A stretch of 64,000 nucleotides of DNA from Opitutales bacterium (GTDB lineage Bacteria > Verrucomicrobiota > Verrucomicrobiia > Opitutales > JABSRG01): contig JBMYOQ010000016.1 in NCBI GenBank assembly GCA_049599475.1, forward strand, positions 11,128-75,127, given 5' to 3'. Made by a program: the position numbers and the translations under genes. Positions 9,694 through 20,527 of the stretch are shown here, piece after piece. The notes under the pieces were generated by a model. It was not told where the DNA came from and searched no databases. It worked only from the letters and a program-made list of their open reading frames with translations. Positions within the stretch are counted from its first letter, which is position 1; each line of letters opens with the position of its first letter.

Positions 9694-10694
9694 CTCGAGT
9701 ATTTAGCTTTTATAAATTCTAATAGCGATTCTTGTAAGGCATCATCACTTGACGCCCAGGCGACCTCTCCGTTGCTGCCGCGCGTGCGCTCAGAAGTCCC
9801 CCCTGCTTGAAAAGCAATTACAGGTAAACCCGCGCGCCGTGCCTCCTGAATAAAATTCGAGTTGGACTCTTCCTGAGAGGCAGATACTGCGCAATCTCCA
9901 GCGTAATAATATTTCGATACATCGAGCTGCAGGCCAAAGAACCGCACTTTTTCGCCCAATCCCAATTTCGCAACCAAGCGTCGACATGCGCTCTCCTCCG
10001 AACCGCTCCCCACCAACCACAGCTGCCAAGCATGACGCCCTGCAAGCAGATCATCAATTCTCTTAAAGATACGTATTAATTTTTCATGACACTTACCAGG
10101 TCGAAAGGCCGCGACTTTCACAAACACCGCGGGAGCGCCATCCTCAACGCCCAACTCACGCCGTGACTGGTCTCGCCGCTCCATCCGGTTTGCATAGGAG
10201 AGTTCATGAATTTCATAATTCTGAACCAATTTCATCTTGTCTGCTGAAATGCCAATTTCGGTAGCGCGATCCGCGGCATACTGGCTGTTTACCCAGATGC
10301 TATCCGCCACATTCAGCGTCCGGCGATAGGCCGCAGTAAATGGCCTGCCGGTACGAATGCTCGCGACAAGCTCAAGATCCGGGTTTCTAGCTTTGAGTCT
10401 CCAGCCAAATTCATTCGCCACACGCCCCATGAGTATCGCCTTTTCAGGACCAAGCGAAACGATTTTCCCAGACAATACCGGAGGAAACCAATTTAATTTC
10501 CAATCAAAGGGCTGTATTGTAATCCTCTGGACATTCAGTGAATCAGCAGAGGCCTCAAGAGGCCCTCCAGGGCGCGCAGTGACGAGCGTAACATGCTCAC
10601 CCTCCTCCGCCAAATGCTTGCACAGGGCCAGACTGTTGCGCTCGGTTCCTCCCATCCGGAGGTAGTCCTGAAGCACACATATCCGTTTAGCCAT
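9690..10694 (-). CDS. Glycosyltransferase family 4 (GT-B)
   Basis: N-terminal GGTER; E-x7-E motif (EESNSNFIQEA...GLPVIA); start at ATG 10694. Confidence 0.85.
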   Translation of the reverse strand: MAKRICVLQDYLRMGGTERNSLALCKHLAEEGEHVTLVTARPGGPLEASADSLNVQRITIQPFDWKLNWFPPVLSGKIVSLGPEKAILMGRVANEFGWRLKARNPDLELVASIRTGRPFTAAYRRTLNVADSIWVNSQYAADRATEIGISADKMKLVQNYEIHELSYANRMERRDQSRRELGVEDGAPAVFVKVAAFRPGKCHEKLIRIFKRIDDLLAGRHAWQLWLVGSGSEESACRRLVAKLGLGEKVRFFGLQLDVSKYYYAGDCAVSASQEESNSNFIQEARRAGLPVIAFQAGGTSERTRGSNGEVAWASSDDALQESLLEFIKAKYSR

Positions 10695-11955
10695 GGTATC
10701 GCTTGAAAAGGAGGGAGACGTTTGCTCCACCAAATCCACTACTATTGCTCAAAGCATATTCGATTTGGCTATCGATCGTATCCTGCTGAATTGCAACACC
10801 CTCGACCATGGGGTCCAGCTCAGTGATGTTAGCCGAGCCGGGTATAAATCCGCCTTTTATTGCAAGCGCAGTAAGGGTAGATTCAAGCGAACCTGCTAAA
10901 CTCAGGCCATGCCCTGTGAGGGCTTTCGTACTGGAGACTTTTACGGAGCTATTTTCGCCAAAGACTTCCTTGATCGCCTTAATCTCAGCAGCATCCCCAA
11001 AGGGGGTGGAAGGCGCGTGAGCATTTATGTAGTCTATTGCTTCGGGCTCAACAGAACCTGACGACAAGGCACCTTTGATCGCGCGCGCCAGGCCCTGACC
11101 CTCTGGCTCAGGCAAGACAGGGTTGAAACCGTCACTCGATTGCCCCCAACCTGCGACGCTCGCATAGATTTTCGCTCCACGCTGCTCAGCAGCTTCGCGT
11201 GATTCTAGGACGAGGACAGCCGCACCACCAGTACCCACAAACCCATTACGTTTCTTGTCGAAAGGCCGCGAAGCCGACGCTGGATCATCATTTGCAGATA
11301 GTGCGCGCATGCATGCAAAGGGCAAAATACAATCTAGGTCTCCATCCTCTGCACCCACGACAAACATTCTCTTTTGCTGACCGCGGGCGATAGCATCATA
11401 AGCAAATCCCAAAGCGTGCGAAGAAGACGCGCAGGCCGATACAAATCCTGTGGAGAAACCTTGGATCTTGAAGTGAGAGACGAGATTAAAATTCAGCGTT
11501 CCTGCTATCGATGAGACTATGCCCTTAGGGTTCGCTCGCTCGACGCCCACTTTTTTCATCTTATCCAGCGATTGGTAAAGCATCATGGCGGAACCCGCAG
11601 ACGCGGTATACATCCCGACCGATGGGTCAGACACTTCAGCTTCAGACAGGCCAGCATCTTCGACTGCTTCAGTGAAAGCGCAGAGCCCAAACAAGGCATT
11701 CGGAGACATGCCTCGAAGAACGGAACGAGACACACGGTACTTTGCCGGAAATTCCCAGTCTTCTTGGTCCGGAGCAGTCAGGTCGAACCCCTTAACAGTT
11801 CCCAGGACACTCACCGGTGCCTTTACATCCAAAAACGGCTGATAGGTCTCAATTCCAGAACGCAGGTCACGCATGCTCTTCACGGCTTCCTGCAATGAAT
11901 TGCCGATACTAGAAACCAGGCCCAGGCCTGTAATTACGACTTCTGTATTCTCCAC
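10687..11955 (-). CDS. Beta-ketoacyl-ACP synthase (FabB/FabF family)
   Basis: VITGLGLVSSIG, catalytic SACAS, INAHAPST, TGHGL and SNSSGFGG. Confidence 0.92.
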   Translation of the reverse strand: MENTEVVITGLGLVSSIGNSLQEAVKSMRDLRSGIETYQPFLDVKAPVSVLGTVKGFDLTAPDQEDWEFPAKYRVSRSVLRGMSPNALFGLCAFTEAVEDAGLSEAEVSDPSVGMYTASAGSAMMLYQSLDKMKKVGVERANPKGIVSSIAGTLNFNLVSHFKIQGFSTGFVSACASSSHALGFAYDAIARGQQKRMFVVGAEDGDLDCILPFACMRALSANDDPASASRPFDKKRNGFVGTGGAAVLVLESREAAEQRGAKIYASVAGWGQSSDGFNPVLPEPEGQGLARAIKGALSSGSVEPEAIDYINAHAPSTPFGDAAEIKAIKEVFGENSSVKVSSTKALTGHGLSLAGSLESTLTALAIKGGFIPGSANITELDPMVEGVAIQQDTIDSQIEYALSNSSGFGGANVSLLFKRYHG

Positions 11956-12085
11956 TCCCTGGACTACAATAGCTCAGTGCGCACGGATCAAGCGGTATTA
12001 TCGGCACTCTGAAATTCCCCGGGACTTCAAAGCGATTTTGCGGAATTGCCTTTCTCGCGATCCCTGCTACGGTGGGGCGCTTTAG

Positions 12086-12826
12086 ATGAAAATTAGAGCG
12101 TACGGACGGTCAGATCGCGGCATCAGGCGTGAGATAAATGAAGATTCCATGCTGTGTGCCCAAGACAAAGGGGTCTTCGCGGTAGCGGACGGTCTGGGAG
12201 GTCTGCCTCGCGGTGAGCTAGCCAGCCGAGTCGCCATCGAACGCGTTTCCGAAGTGCTCGAAGTTCCCAGTTTGAGCGGAGAAGATTCCGATACAGTTAA
12301 GCGCGCCGCCCTTTCAGCAAACCGGGCTGTTTACGACGAAGGCGCATCGGTAAACGAAGAAACCGGTATTGGCACGACACTCACATTGATCAAAATTGCA
12401 TCCAACCGCTTATACGCAGCGCACGTGGGTGACACTTCGCTCTACATTCAACGTCGCGGTCAACTGTCTAAGCTGTCCAAAGACCACACCATGGCTCAAG
12501 ACGTCAAAGATCGCCTCGGCCCCGAGGAAGAAGCTTATATTCCAGACTATTTTGCTCACACCCTCACCCGATGCCTTGGGCAGCAGCCCACGGTTGAAGT
12601 CGATACACTCGAACACTCGGTAATCGGTGAAGATCGCATTTTTCTCTGCAGCGATGGAGTCCAAAAGGTCTTTGAAGATGCAGAACTCAGCCGCATGATC
12701 CACGCTGCCTCCGATCCTCAACAGCTCGTGGATCAGATTATCGAGCAGGGTAACGAGCGCGGTGGCCCAGACAATATCACCGCAGTCGTAATTTTCGTTG
12801 AAGCACAATCCGAAGAGAGCGCGTAG
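12086..12826 (+). CDS. PP2C-family Ser/Thr protein phosphatase
   Basis: GIRREINED, VADGLGG, HVGD, LCSDG and GGPDNIT motifs. Confidence 0.93.
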   Translation: MKIRAYGRSDRGIRREINEDSMLCAQDKGVFAVADGLGGLPRGELASRVAIERVSEVLEVPSLSGEDSDTVKRAALSANRAVYDEGASVNEETGIGTTLTLIKIASNRLYAAHVGDTSLYIQRRGQLSKLSKDHTMAQDVKDRLGPEEEAYIPDYFAHTLTRCLGQQPTVEVDTLEHSVIGEDRIFLCSDGVQKVFEDAELSRMIHAASDPQQLVDQIIEQGNERGGPDNITAVVIFVEAQSEESA

Positions 12827-12831
12827 AATCC

Positions 12832-13902
12832 ATGCGGACCGATGCCTATGACTTCGCATTGCCGGAGCACCTAATCGCGCAACATCCTTCCAAGGAGCGC
12901 ACGGCGTCCAGACTTCTCGTTGTGGACCGAGGAGCTGGCAAGGTTTCCCATTATTCCTTTTCGGATCTACCTCAGTTGCTTCCGGGTCCGCTCCACCTGT
13001 TTCGCAATAACGTTTCCGTAATTCGGGCTCGGCTCAAGGCATTCCGCCCCAGTGGCGGCGCTGTCGAATGCGTCTTGCTTGAGCCCAAAGACGAGGACCC
13101 GTTCGAGTGGAAATGCCTCGTGAAGCCGGGCCGTAAACTGCCAATCGGCGCCGAGTTTTCTCTAGAGAATGCCTTCCACGCGACCATTACCGGCAAAGAT
13201 TCTTCCGAGGGAACCTCTTGGGTCCGCTTCCAAGTGGACAAGCATAGCGGTGTCGTCGAAATGGCAGATGAACTCGGCGAGCTACCCCTACCGCCCTACA
13301 TAAAACGCGAGCAAACCGAGCCAGAAGACAATAAGCGCTACCAAACAGTCTATGCTGATGAGAGCAAAAAAATGGCGGCTGCTGCACCGACCGCAGGGCT
13401 TCATTTCACCCAAACAATCATCGATCAGCTAGAGTCCCAAGGGCACACATTTCACGACCTCACCCTTCGCGTAGGCCTGGGAACTTTTCGGCCCGTCAAA
13501 ACAGATAATATTGAGGATCATCCCATTCACAAGGAGCGCTACTGGGTGCCACACGAAAGCCTGAATGCTCTCAGGGAATTTACAGGCAAGCGCCTCGCAA
13601 TAGGCACGACATCGGTACGGTCTATTGAAGACTGCCTCAACAACATATCGGGCTCGTTCCCTAGTATGACGGACTTTACCCGTGAGGCAGATTTGTTCGT
13701 CATCCCCCCCTATCAATTCCTAGGCGTCGACCACCTCATCACCAATTTTCACCTCCCACGCTCAACCCTATTCGGGCTAGTCGCCGCTTTTTTGACTCCG
13801 GGTAAGGCCGACGGGGTGCAATGGCTCAAAGACATATATACAGAAGCAGTGCGTGAAGAATACCGCTTTTTCAGCTACGGCGACGCCATGCTCATTCTTT
13901 AG
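12832..13902 (+). CDS. queA: S-adenosylmethionine:tRNA ribosyltransferase-isomerase
   Basis: LIAQHP, PLPPYI, AAPTAGLHF, TNFHLPRST and [12 protein letters not shown] motifs. Confidence 0.97.
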   Translation: MRTDAYDFALPEHLIAQHPSKERTASRLLVVDRGAGKVSHYSFSDLPQLLPGPLHLFRNNVSVIRARLKAFRPSGGAVECVLLEPKDEDPFEWKCLVKPGRKLPIGAEFSLENAFHATITGKDSSEGTSWVRFQVDKHSGVVEMADELGELPLPPYIKREQTEPEDNKRYQTVYADESKKMAAAAPTAGLHFTQTIIDQLESQGHTFHDLTLRVGLGTFRPVKTDNIEDHPIHKERYWVPHESLNALREFTGKRLAIGTTSVRSIEDCLNNISGSFPSMTDFTREADLFVIPPYQFLGVDHLITNFHLPRSTLFGLVAAFLTPGKADGVQWLKDIYTEAVREEYRFFSYGDAMLIL

Positions 13903-16408
13903 TGCACGGACTCTTTGCCGCATGGAGATGGATCATTAAAATCTCCAACAGCTTCTCGGGAGCGACCGGCTTAGACAGAAATCCATTCATGCCCACCTCG
14001 TCACATTCGTCGCGCCCCTCTTCAGTCACATTTCCAGTGAGAGCGACTACCGGAACATCCGCATTGCGATGATCTGAGGCAAAGGCACGGATCCTCCGCG
14101 TAGCCTCATAGCCATCCATACCTGGCATCTGACAATCCATAAGGACCAGATCTACAGATTCATTCTCCAAAACCTCAAGCGCCCGCTCACCGGAGTCTGC
14201 CTTAAAAATTTCAAACGGATACTTTTGAAGTAAGATCTCCACAACGCGGAGGTTCATGACACTATCATCCACAACGAGCAATCGAGCCTCCTCAAATTCC
14301 TCTGGTGAAAGCAACTCTCCTTTATCCAATTCTTGATGCTTTTGAACCTCTGCATCCGTGGCGATTGCCAAGGGTAACTGTATTCTAAAATATGTCCCTG
14401 CCCCCTCTTCGCTGGAAAAATGAATCGCGCCTCCCATGAGATTCACAAGGCGGTCGATGATGGCTAAGCCCAAGCCCGTCCCCCCATGTTTTCGCGTCGT
14501 AGATGAATCTGCCTGCACAAATTTGTGAAAGAGTCGATCTTGAGCCTCCGCAGGGATACCCATGCCTGAATCTTCGACTTCCACAACGAGGCCACACTCT
14601 GGATCATCACTCGTTTTGAGATGCAGACGAACAAAACCCTCCTCGGTGAACTTCAAGGAATTCCCGATCAAATTTATCAGTATTTGCCTTAGCTTGTTGG
14701 GATCTCCACGCAGCCAATCGACCGCTTCGGTATCCATCTGAATTCGCAATTCGATGCCTCGTTCCGCAAACTGCTTTTCGAACATTCCGCGAATCGAATC
14801 CCTCAAAGCCGATACCGAAAACGGGATATCTTCGAGCTCCATGCGTCCCGATTCAATTTTCGAGAAATCTAGAATATCATTGATAAGGCTCAAGAGCGAC
14901 TCGCCGGAAACTTTCAGGATATCCACCCACTCTCGATGCGATGCGGGTAAATCCAATGCATCCAATTTTCCCGCCATCGCGATGATGCCATTTAGGGGAG
15001 TGCGTATCTCATGAGACATGGTGGCCAAGAACTCTGACTTAGCCCGGCTTGCTTGTTGGGCCAAATTTTCGGCAGCATACCGCGTCTCCACCTCCTGAGC
15101 GAGCTGCACGTTGCGTTCCTTGAGTTCCTTTGTCTGATTCGCCACCTCAGCATCGAGGTCAAGAATATGCCCCGCCAAACGCACCCGCATCTGGTCGATA
15201 CTCTTCGCCAGTTCCTGAAACTCCGTCACCGATGAGGGTAATCCCATTTTAGCAGAAAGGTCACCCTCACTCACTCGCCTTGCAACCACTCCGAGGCTCT
15301 CCAATTCACCCGTGAGTCGTCCAGCCAAGCGGACCATCAGAGCCGAAGTTATGATAAGCAGAACCATCACGGACAATATAAGCAGCCAGCGGTTTCGCTC
15401 ATTTGCCCGATCGAACTTAGCAGAGAAATCATCGTGGGCCTCAGATAGCTTCTTCAAGCCCATGCTCATATCGCGGATCGGCCTCAGCTCCGTCTTGAGC
15501 ACTTCCGTAGACACGACACTTCGAATACCCAGCAACCCAGGAATCACCTCAGCATTTCTTACGGAATCACCAGCTTCAATGAGCTCAGTGCCTCGCTTAC
15601 CCGCTAATAAAATCTCCTCAGTGCGTATATCCTTTACCTGAAGCTCTGCTCCGAAGGCATTCTCCACCGATAGAAAGGAAAGCAATCGGTCCAGGGGGAT
15701 CGCGAATTGCATATATCCTACGACGTCACGATTGGATTCTACAAAACGACCGGAGTCGTAGCGCAACTCACAGGACACAGACAATACGGGCCGCTTAAGA
15801 TCTCCTATTCGCTCCTTATATAGATCGAAATGAATGGGCCCTTCGCCGCGAGCCTCCAACATATTGAGAAACCAAGACTCACCCCCCTCATCCGTTTTCA
15901 GATTGGGCAGCTCGTAACCATCCCAAATAGGATCGCCTCCTTCAGGGACAACAAACTCTCCTCGGCGTGCAAACTCGCACCCTTCAGTATCGACAAATAC
16001 GATCTCCGAAAGGCGATGGGCCTCTATCATATCGTCGAGGTAGTTATAGAGGTTTTCTAAGGTAAATTTTCTCAAGGATTCATCACCTCGAACATACCGA
16101 GCAACTACGGTATTTTTCGCGCATATATAGACACTCTTTTGTATCGATCCTATGTGCGCCGAAAGGGCGCTGGCAGACCGATCTAACCACGCGGCATCGG
16201 CCTCCAATATGGATTCATTCAAACTCGCTGAGACGCGTTCCCTTGCGGACTCGATCTGACTCGTCTGGCTCTGTAGCTCATCATCAAAGGCCGACAGGCG
16301 ATCTCGAATCGCTTCAATCTCCAAGTATACGAGCACTCCAATGATACAGAAAGACCCCACCAAAACAGGGAGAACCGTCATTAACCATTGTTTCCTCAGA
16401 GAATTCAT
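13892..16408 (-). CDS. Membrane-bound hybrid sensor histidine kinase (periplasmic sensor-HAMP-HisKA-HATPase-REC)
   Basis: Two TM helices flank a ~310-aa extracytoplasmic region; H-box [28 protein letters not shown] and REC LMDCQMP. Confidence 0.93.
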   Translation of the reverse strand: MNSLRKQWLMTVLPVLVGSFCIIGVLVYLEIEAIRDRLSAFDDELQSQTSQIESARERVSASLNESILEADAAWLDRSASALSAHIGSIQKSVYICAKNTVVARYVRGDESLRKFTLENLYNYLDDMIEAHRLSEIVFVDTEGCEFARRGEFVVPEGGDPIWDGYELPNLKTDEGGESWFLNMLEARGEGPIHFDLYKERIGDLKRPVLSVSCELRYDSGRFVESNRDVVGYMQFAIPLDRLLSFLSVENAFGAELQVKDIRTEEILLAGKRGTELIEAGDSVRNAEVIPGLLGIRSVVSTEVLKTELRPIRDMSMGLKKLSEAHDDFSAKFDRANERNRWLLILSVMVLLIITSALMVRLAGRLTGELESLGVVARRVSEGDLSAKMGLPSSVTEFQELAKSIDQMRVRLAGHILDLDAEVANQTKELKERNVQLAQEVETRYAAENLAQQASRAKSEFLATMSHEIRTPLNGIIAMAGKLDALDLPASHREWVDILKVSGESLLSLINDILDFSKIESGRMELEDIPFSVSALRDSIRGMFEKQFAERGIELRIQMDTEAVDWLRGDPNKLRQILINLIGNSLKFTEEGFVRLHLKTSDDPECGLVVEVEDSGMGIPAEAQDRLFHKFVQADSSTTRKHGGTGLGLAIIDRLVNLMGGAIHFSSEEGAGTYFRIQLPLAIATDAEVQKHQELDKGELLSPEEFEEARLLVVDDSVMNLRVVEILLQKYPFEIFKADSGERALEVLENESVDLVLMDCQMPGMDGYEATRRIRAFASDHRNADVPVVALTGNVTEEGRDECDEVGMNGFLSKPVAPEKLLEILMIHLHAAKSPCTKE

Positions 16409-16440
16409 AAACCAACATCGGTGCAGCGCTAGCCGCTGAC

Positions 16441-17523
16441 TTACATCTTAAACAGAATCTTTCCCAATCGATCGACGAGGGCGTCCTCAAGCACCAAGGG
16501 GTAGCCTCTCGATCGCTGCTCAGCCTTTGGATATATCGCCGGATTGCTCAACTGATCGGGAGCGGTCGTCTCCAATATTTCCAAACTACGCTCATTGGGA
16601 CAGGCGTAGAAAAGCTCCCGAGCCAAGCGCGCATGCACTTCAGGAGAAAGCACATGATTTATAAACGAGTAGGCCAAGTCAGGATTTGAGCTACCCTTTG
16701 CTAGCAACATACAGTCTAGAAATATCTCAAAACCTTCGTCCGGCAGAGCAAACCCTACATTCTCATGCTCATCTAGAACCGTGAGCGCATCTCCCGAATA
16801 AATGACAGCCGCCCCGACATCGCCATTCAGAACGGACTCCTGAATCAGTTCAATATCGGAGGTTACCAAGCGGATTCGCTCAGAATCCACAGATGCCTTT
16901 AGAAACTTAGCCGCCGCACGGATATCCTGCTCGCTCGGGTTCACCGGATCCGCCCCCATAGCGACTAGAGCCTGAGCAAAGGCAGATCGCGGCTCAGCAA
17001 ACACGCTGACCGGATAAGGCTTAGCCGGATCATAAAACTGATTCCAAGATCGAATTCCCTGGGGATATTTATCCTTCCGGTAGAGTATACCTGTGCTTCC
17101 GTAGAGATATGGGACTCCTCCACCTCCGAAGGTCTTCAATAGAACCGGGTCGATATATTTATAATTCGGAATTCGTTCCGTCTTTGGGGCGAAGGCTAAA
17201 TCTGCTCCAATAAGACCCTCCGCAGAATCCCCATCGATGATAATGATATCGTAGTAGCCCGGAGTCTGGGCCAGCAGTCTCAAGGCCTCCTTATCCGTTT
17301 CGAACTCGGAGTATTCGATTTTGCAGTTAAAAAGCTTCTGAAACTCCCGCAGTGTTGGCGAACGCTGAGCAATCGGCAATGCTTCATCAGTATTTGGATC
17401 AACATCGATATACTCGCTCCAGTTCAAAATACGCAAAGTCGGCAACTCAGCGGCCACCGACCACACACTGAAGACAAGGAGCCCAATTCCTGCTCCAAAA
17501 GATTTAGGGAAAACAGTTTTCAT
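16441..17523 (-). CDS. PotD/PotF-family (spermidine/putrescine-type) periplasmic binding protein
   Basis: Signal peptide; LRILNWSEYI, PYLYGSTGILY, YSGDA, PDEG...D and AYSFINHVLSPE motifs; start at ATG 17523. Confidence 0.85.
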   Translation of the reverse strand: MKTVFPKSFGAGIGLLVFSVWSVAAELPTLRILNWSEYIDVDPNTDEALPIAQRSPTLREFQKLFNCKIEYSEFETDKEALRLLAQTPGYYDIIIIDGDSAEGLIGADLAFAPKTERIPNYKYIDPVLLKTFGGGGVPYLYGSTGILYRKDKYPQGIRSWNQFYDPAKPYPVSVFAEPRSAFAQALVAMGADPVNPSEQDIRAAAKFLKASVDSERIRLVTSDIELIQESVLNGDVGAAVIYSGDALTVLDEHENVGFALPDEGFEIFLDCMLLAKGSSNPDLAYSFINHVLSPEVHARLARELFYACPNERSLEILETTAPDQLSNPAIYPKAEQRSRGYPLVLEDALVDRLGKILFKM

Positions 17524-17679
17524 ACCCCTTATAATTCGCCCGGAGGGTTCGTTCACTTGAACGCTCAGTAAAATCTCCGGCTCTCTTAGCAAAATTCCTA
17601 CTCTAAACGGGAATAAGACGCCCCACTAGCCCTCTCATCCAGCAATACTCACTGCATTCGCAAACATTAGAATAACACC

Positions 17680-18174
17680 GTGACCTTCGATGAAATCGTC
17701 TCCGAATACTACAAGCCCCTCTACCGCTTTGCATACAGCTTGGCCAAGAACGAAGACGGCGCTGGCGACCTGACTCAGCAGACTTTCTTCATCTACGCCG
17801 AGAAAGGGGACCAGCTGAAGGACCGTTCCAAGGTCAAATCATGGCTGTTTACCACCCTCTACCGTGAGTTTTTAAGAGTAAAACGAAAGACCGACCGCAT
17901 GGAGAACACCGAAGAAGAGGTCCTCGAACGCACGGGCCCATCCATCCAACCTGAAATGATCCGCAGCACCGATGCGAATACCGCAGTTGAAGCGCTACAA
18001 TCTGTAGACGAAATTTACCGCACCCCGCTGTCTCTCTTTTACCTCAACAACCACTCCTACAAAGAGATCGCACATATATTATCCGTGCCCATCGGCACCG
18101 TGATGTCCCGAATCTCCAGAGGCAAAACACAGTTGAAGCAAAACCTCCTCGCAGCCTCCGAAGAGCTCGCTTGA
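17680..18174 (+). CDS. ECF RNA polymerase sigma-70 factor
   Basis: Region 2 (DLTQQTF...KSWLF) and region 4 (SYKEIAHILSVPIGTVMSRISRGK). Confidence 0.93.
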   Translation: MTFDEIVSEYYKPLYRFAYSLAKNEDGAGDLTQQTFFIYAEKGDQLKDRSKVKSWLFTTLYREFLRVKRKTDRMENTEEEVLERTGPSIQPEMIRSTDANTAVEALQSVDEIYRTPLSLFYLNNHSYKEIAHILSVPIGTVMSRISRGKTQLKQNLLAASEELA

Positions 18175-18222
18175 GGACCCCACACCACACCCACAACGCT
18201 ACATTTAATAAGAAATCGAGTC

Positions 18223-19026
18223 ATGAATAGCGAAGAAGCCAAATTCACCCTTCAGTCCTTCCGACCCGGAACCGAAGACGAGAATGACCCTATTTTCCTG
18301 GAAGCCCTTTCGATGCTGGAGACAGACCCAGAGCTGGCACAATGGTACTCTGAGAACTCAACATTCGATGCCGAAATGCGGGAGAAGCTTTCCGACGTCG
18401 AACCTCCGTCTGACCTTCAGACGACTATCCTCGCAGGTATGCGCGCATCAGCGGCCCAGCCCCATGCCGAGGAGACAATCCAGGAGGAGGAGCCCGTCGC
18501 CACAACACGCAGGAGTTTTTGGCTACGAACGGAGACCCTAAGTATCGCCGCGATCTTTTTGATCGTCTTCCTTTGGGCCGACCCATTGTCCATGCGCGGA
18601 TTCCGTGCCGAGCCAGGGGCCGCCGCAGAAGGTATCCCAAGCGTGCTTGCCCATCTCACCGACCACTACGAGACATTTCCTGGGTTTGAGCTAAAATCGA
18701 GCAACTTGGATGATCTGCTAGGACACTTCGAAGCAAACGGTATCAGTAGCCCGAAATACATCCCTACTGCACTCGCCGACAACCCTAATGGTTGCCTTTC
18801 TATCGACATTGATGGGAACCCGATTGGCATGATCTGTTTTAACTACGGACTCAACACCATGCACCTCTACACTATCCCCGAAGCCGCTTTTGCAGACCAT
18901 GCGCCGATCAGCGAGCCCAAGATTTTCGAGGACCGGGGTCGAGGCTACAAGGTATGGAAACAGGACGAGCAGTTCTATGTCCTAGCTACTGAGGGCAAGA
19001 CCGATCGGCTCAAAGAAATCTTCTAA
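18223..19026 (+). CDS. Putative transmembrane anti-sigma factor
   Basis: Immediately follows the ECF sigma; N-terminal cytoplasmic domain, single TM helix, periplasmic domain with two Cys (GC...MICF). Confidence 0.7.
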   Translation: MNSEEAKFTLQSFRPGTEDENDPIFLEALSMLETDPELAQWYSENSTFDAEMREKLSDVEPPSDLQTTILAGMRASAAQPHAEETIQEEEPVATTRRSFWLRTETLSIAAIFLIVFLWADPLSMRGFRAEPGAAAEGIPSVLAHLTDHYETFPGFELKSSNLDDLLGHFEANGISSPKYIPTALADNPNGCLSIDIDGNPIGMICFNYGLNTMHLYTIPEAAFADHAPISEPKIFEDRGRGYKVWKQDEQFYVLATEGKTDRLKEIF

Positions 19027-19095
19027 CCGCGCTTGCAATAGGAAGCTCAGGGGTATCTTGGGAACATATCCCATCCAGGAATATCAACTACTATC

Positions 19096-19674
19096 ATGAA
19101 AAACGCACTCCGCTTATCGCTCGCTGTTCTAGGAGCGACTATCTTCGCAGCATCAACTGCTTCCGCCGACATCCCTGTCTACAAAATCGACTCGGTTCAC
19201 TCAGGTGTTACTTTCAAAGTCCGTCACTTCTTTACCAAAGTACCTGGCTCCTTCGGTAGCTTCTCTGGGGAAATTCACTTCGACAAAGACAACCTCGAAA
19301 AGAGCAAGGCGATCGCCACAGTCGACCTTAAGACAGTCGACACCAACAACGACAACCGCGACGGCCACCTGCAAAACGAAGATTTCTTCGATACGCCCAA
19401 ATTCCCAGAAGCCAAATTCGTCTCCACCAAATTCGAAAAAACAGGAGAGATGAAATACAAGATGCACGGTGAACTCACTATGCTCGGTGTTACCAAACCT
19501 GTCGTTCTCGATGCAGAATTCCTCGGAGAAGGTCCTGGACGCAATGGCGCGACCATCATGGGATGGGACGCGACTGGCATGGTAGATCGCCGCGATTGGG
19601 GAATCGAATACGGACAAGGTGTAGTCGGCAACGAAGTGGAAATTTCACTCAATATCCAGGCCAAGAAGCAATAA
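19096..19674 (+). CDS. YceI-family polyisoprenoid-binding periplasmic protein
   Basis: Signal peptide; YKIDSVHS...FKVRH, RDGHL...DFFD and RRDWG motifs. Confidence 0.93.
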   Translation: MKNALRLSLAVLGATIFAASTASADIPVYKIDSVHSGVTFKVRHFFTKVPGSFGSFSGEIHFDKDNLEKSKAIATVDLKTVDTNNDNRDGHLQNEDFFDTPKFPEAKFVSTKFEKTGEMKYKMHGELTMLGVTKPVVLDAEFLGEGPGRNGATIMGWDATGMVDRRDWGIEYGQGVVGNEVEISLNIQAKKQ

Positions 19675-19699
19675 GCTTACACCCAAAACTCTTTAAAAG

Positions 19700-19739
19700 G
19701 AAACCCTGCCCGGCACCAGACCGCGCAGGGTTTTCTTTT
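19700..19739 (+). terminator. Rho-independent terminator after yceI
   Basis: AAACCCTGC...GCAGGGTTT stem followed by a T-rich tail. Confidence 0.75.
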
Positions 19740-19777
19740 GCCTAGCAACCGACCTTTGGTGCATTCATAGAGGCATC

Positions 19778-19993
19778 ATGGAAGAGACACCAGACGCCCA
19801 GCAAGAACTCGAGATTCGCATCGCTTTCCTTGAGCGCCATATCCAGGAGCAGGACCAAGAGATTATGCGCCTGAACAAGCGACTGGATACCCTTACAGAC
19901 CGCGCTCAGCTTAACGAAAAACGACTGAATGATCTTTTACAGGGTGGATCTGAAAATCGCCTTAACGTGAATGAGAAACCGCCGCATTACTAG
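19778..19993 (+). CDS. slyX: SlyX family protein
   Basis: ELEIRIAFLE coiled coil and C-terminal EKPPHY. Confidence 0.9.
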   Translation: MEETPDAQQELEIRIAFLERHIQEQDQEIMRLNKRLDTLTDRAQLNEKRLNDLLQGGSENRLNVNEKPPHY

Positions 19994-20065
19994 GGGTTGT
20001 TACGAGTGTTAATTTCCTATTAACCTTGCCCCGACGCGCAAATGATTATGTAATATCATCTGTAA

Positions 20066-20437
<372 letters not shown>

Positions 20438-20465
20438 TCCCGAGATAACATTACGAAAACCATTC

Positions 20466-20496
20466 AGCCGGTCCAATTAATTGGGTCGGCTTTTTT
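20466..20496 (+). terminator. Rho-independent terminator after the P-II gene
   Basis: AGCCG-GT-CCAA...TTGG-GT-CGGCT stem followed by a T run. Confidence 0.75.
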
Positions 20497-20527
20497 ATGT
20501 ACCCCTGCATCGGGTGGCGACAAATCC

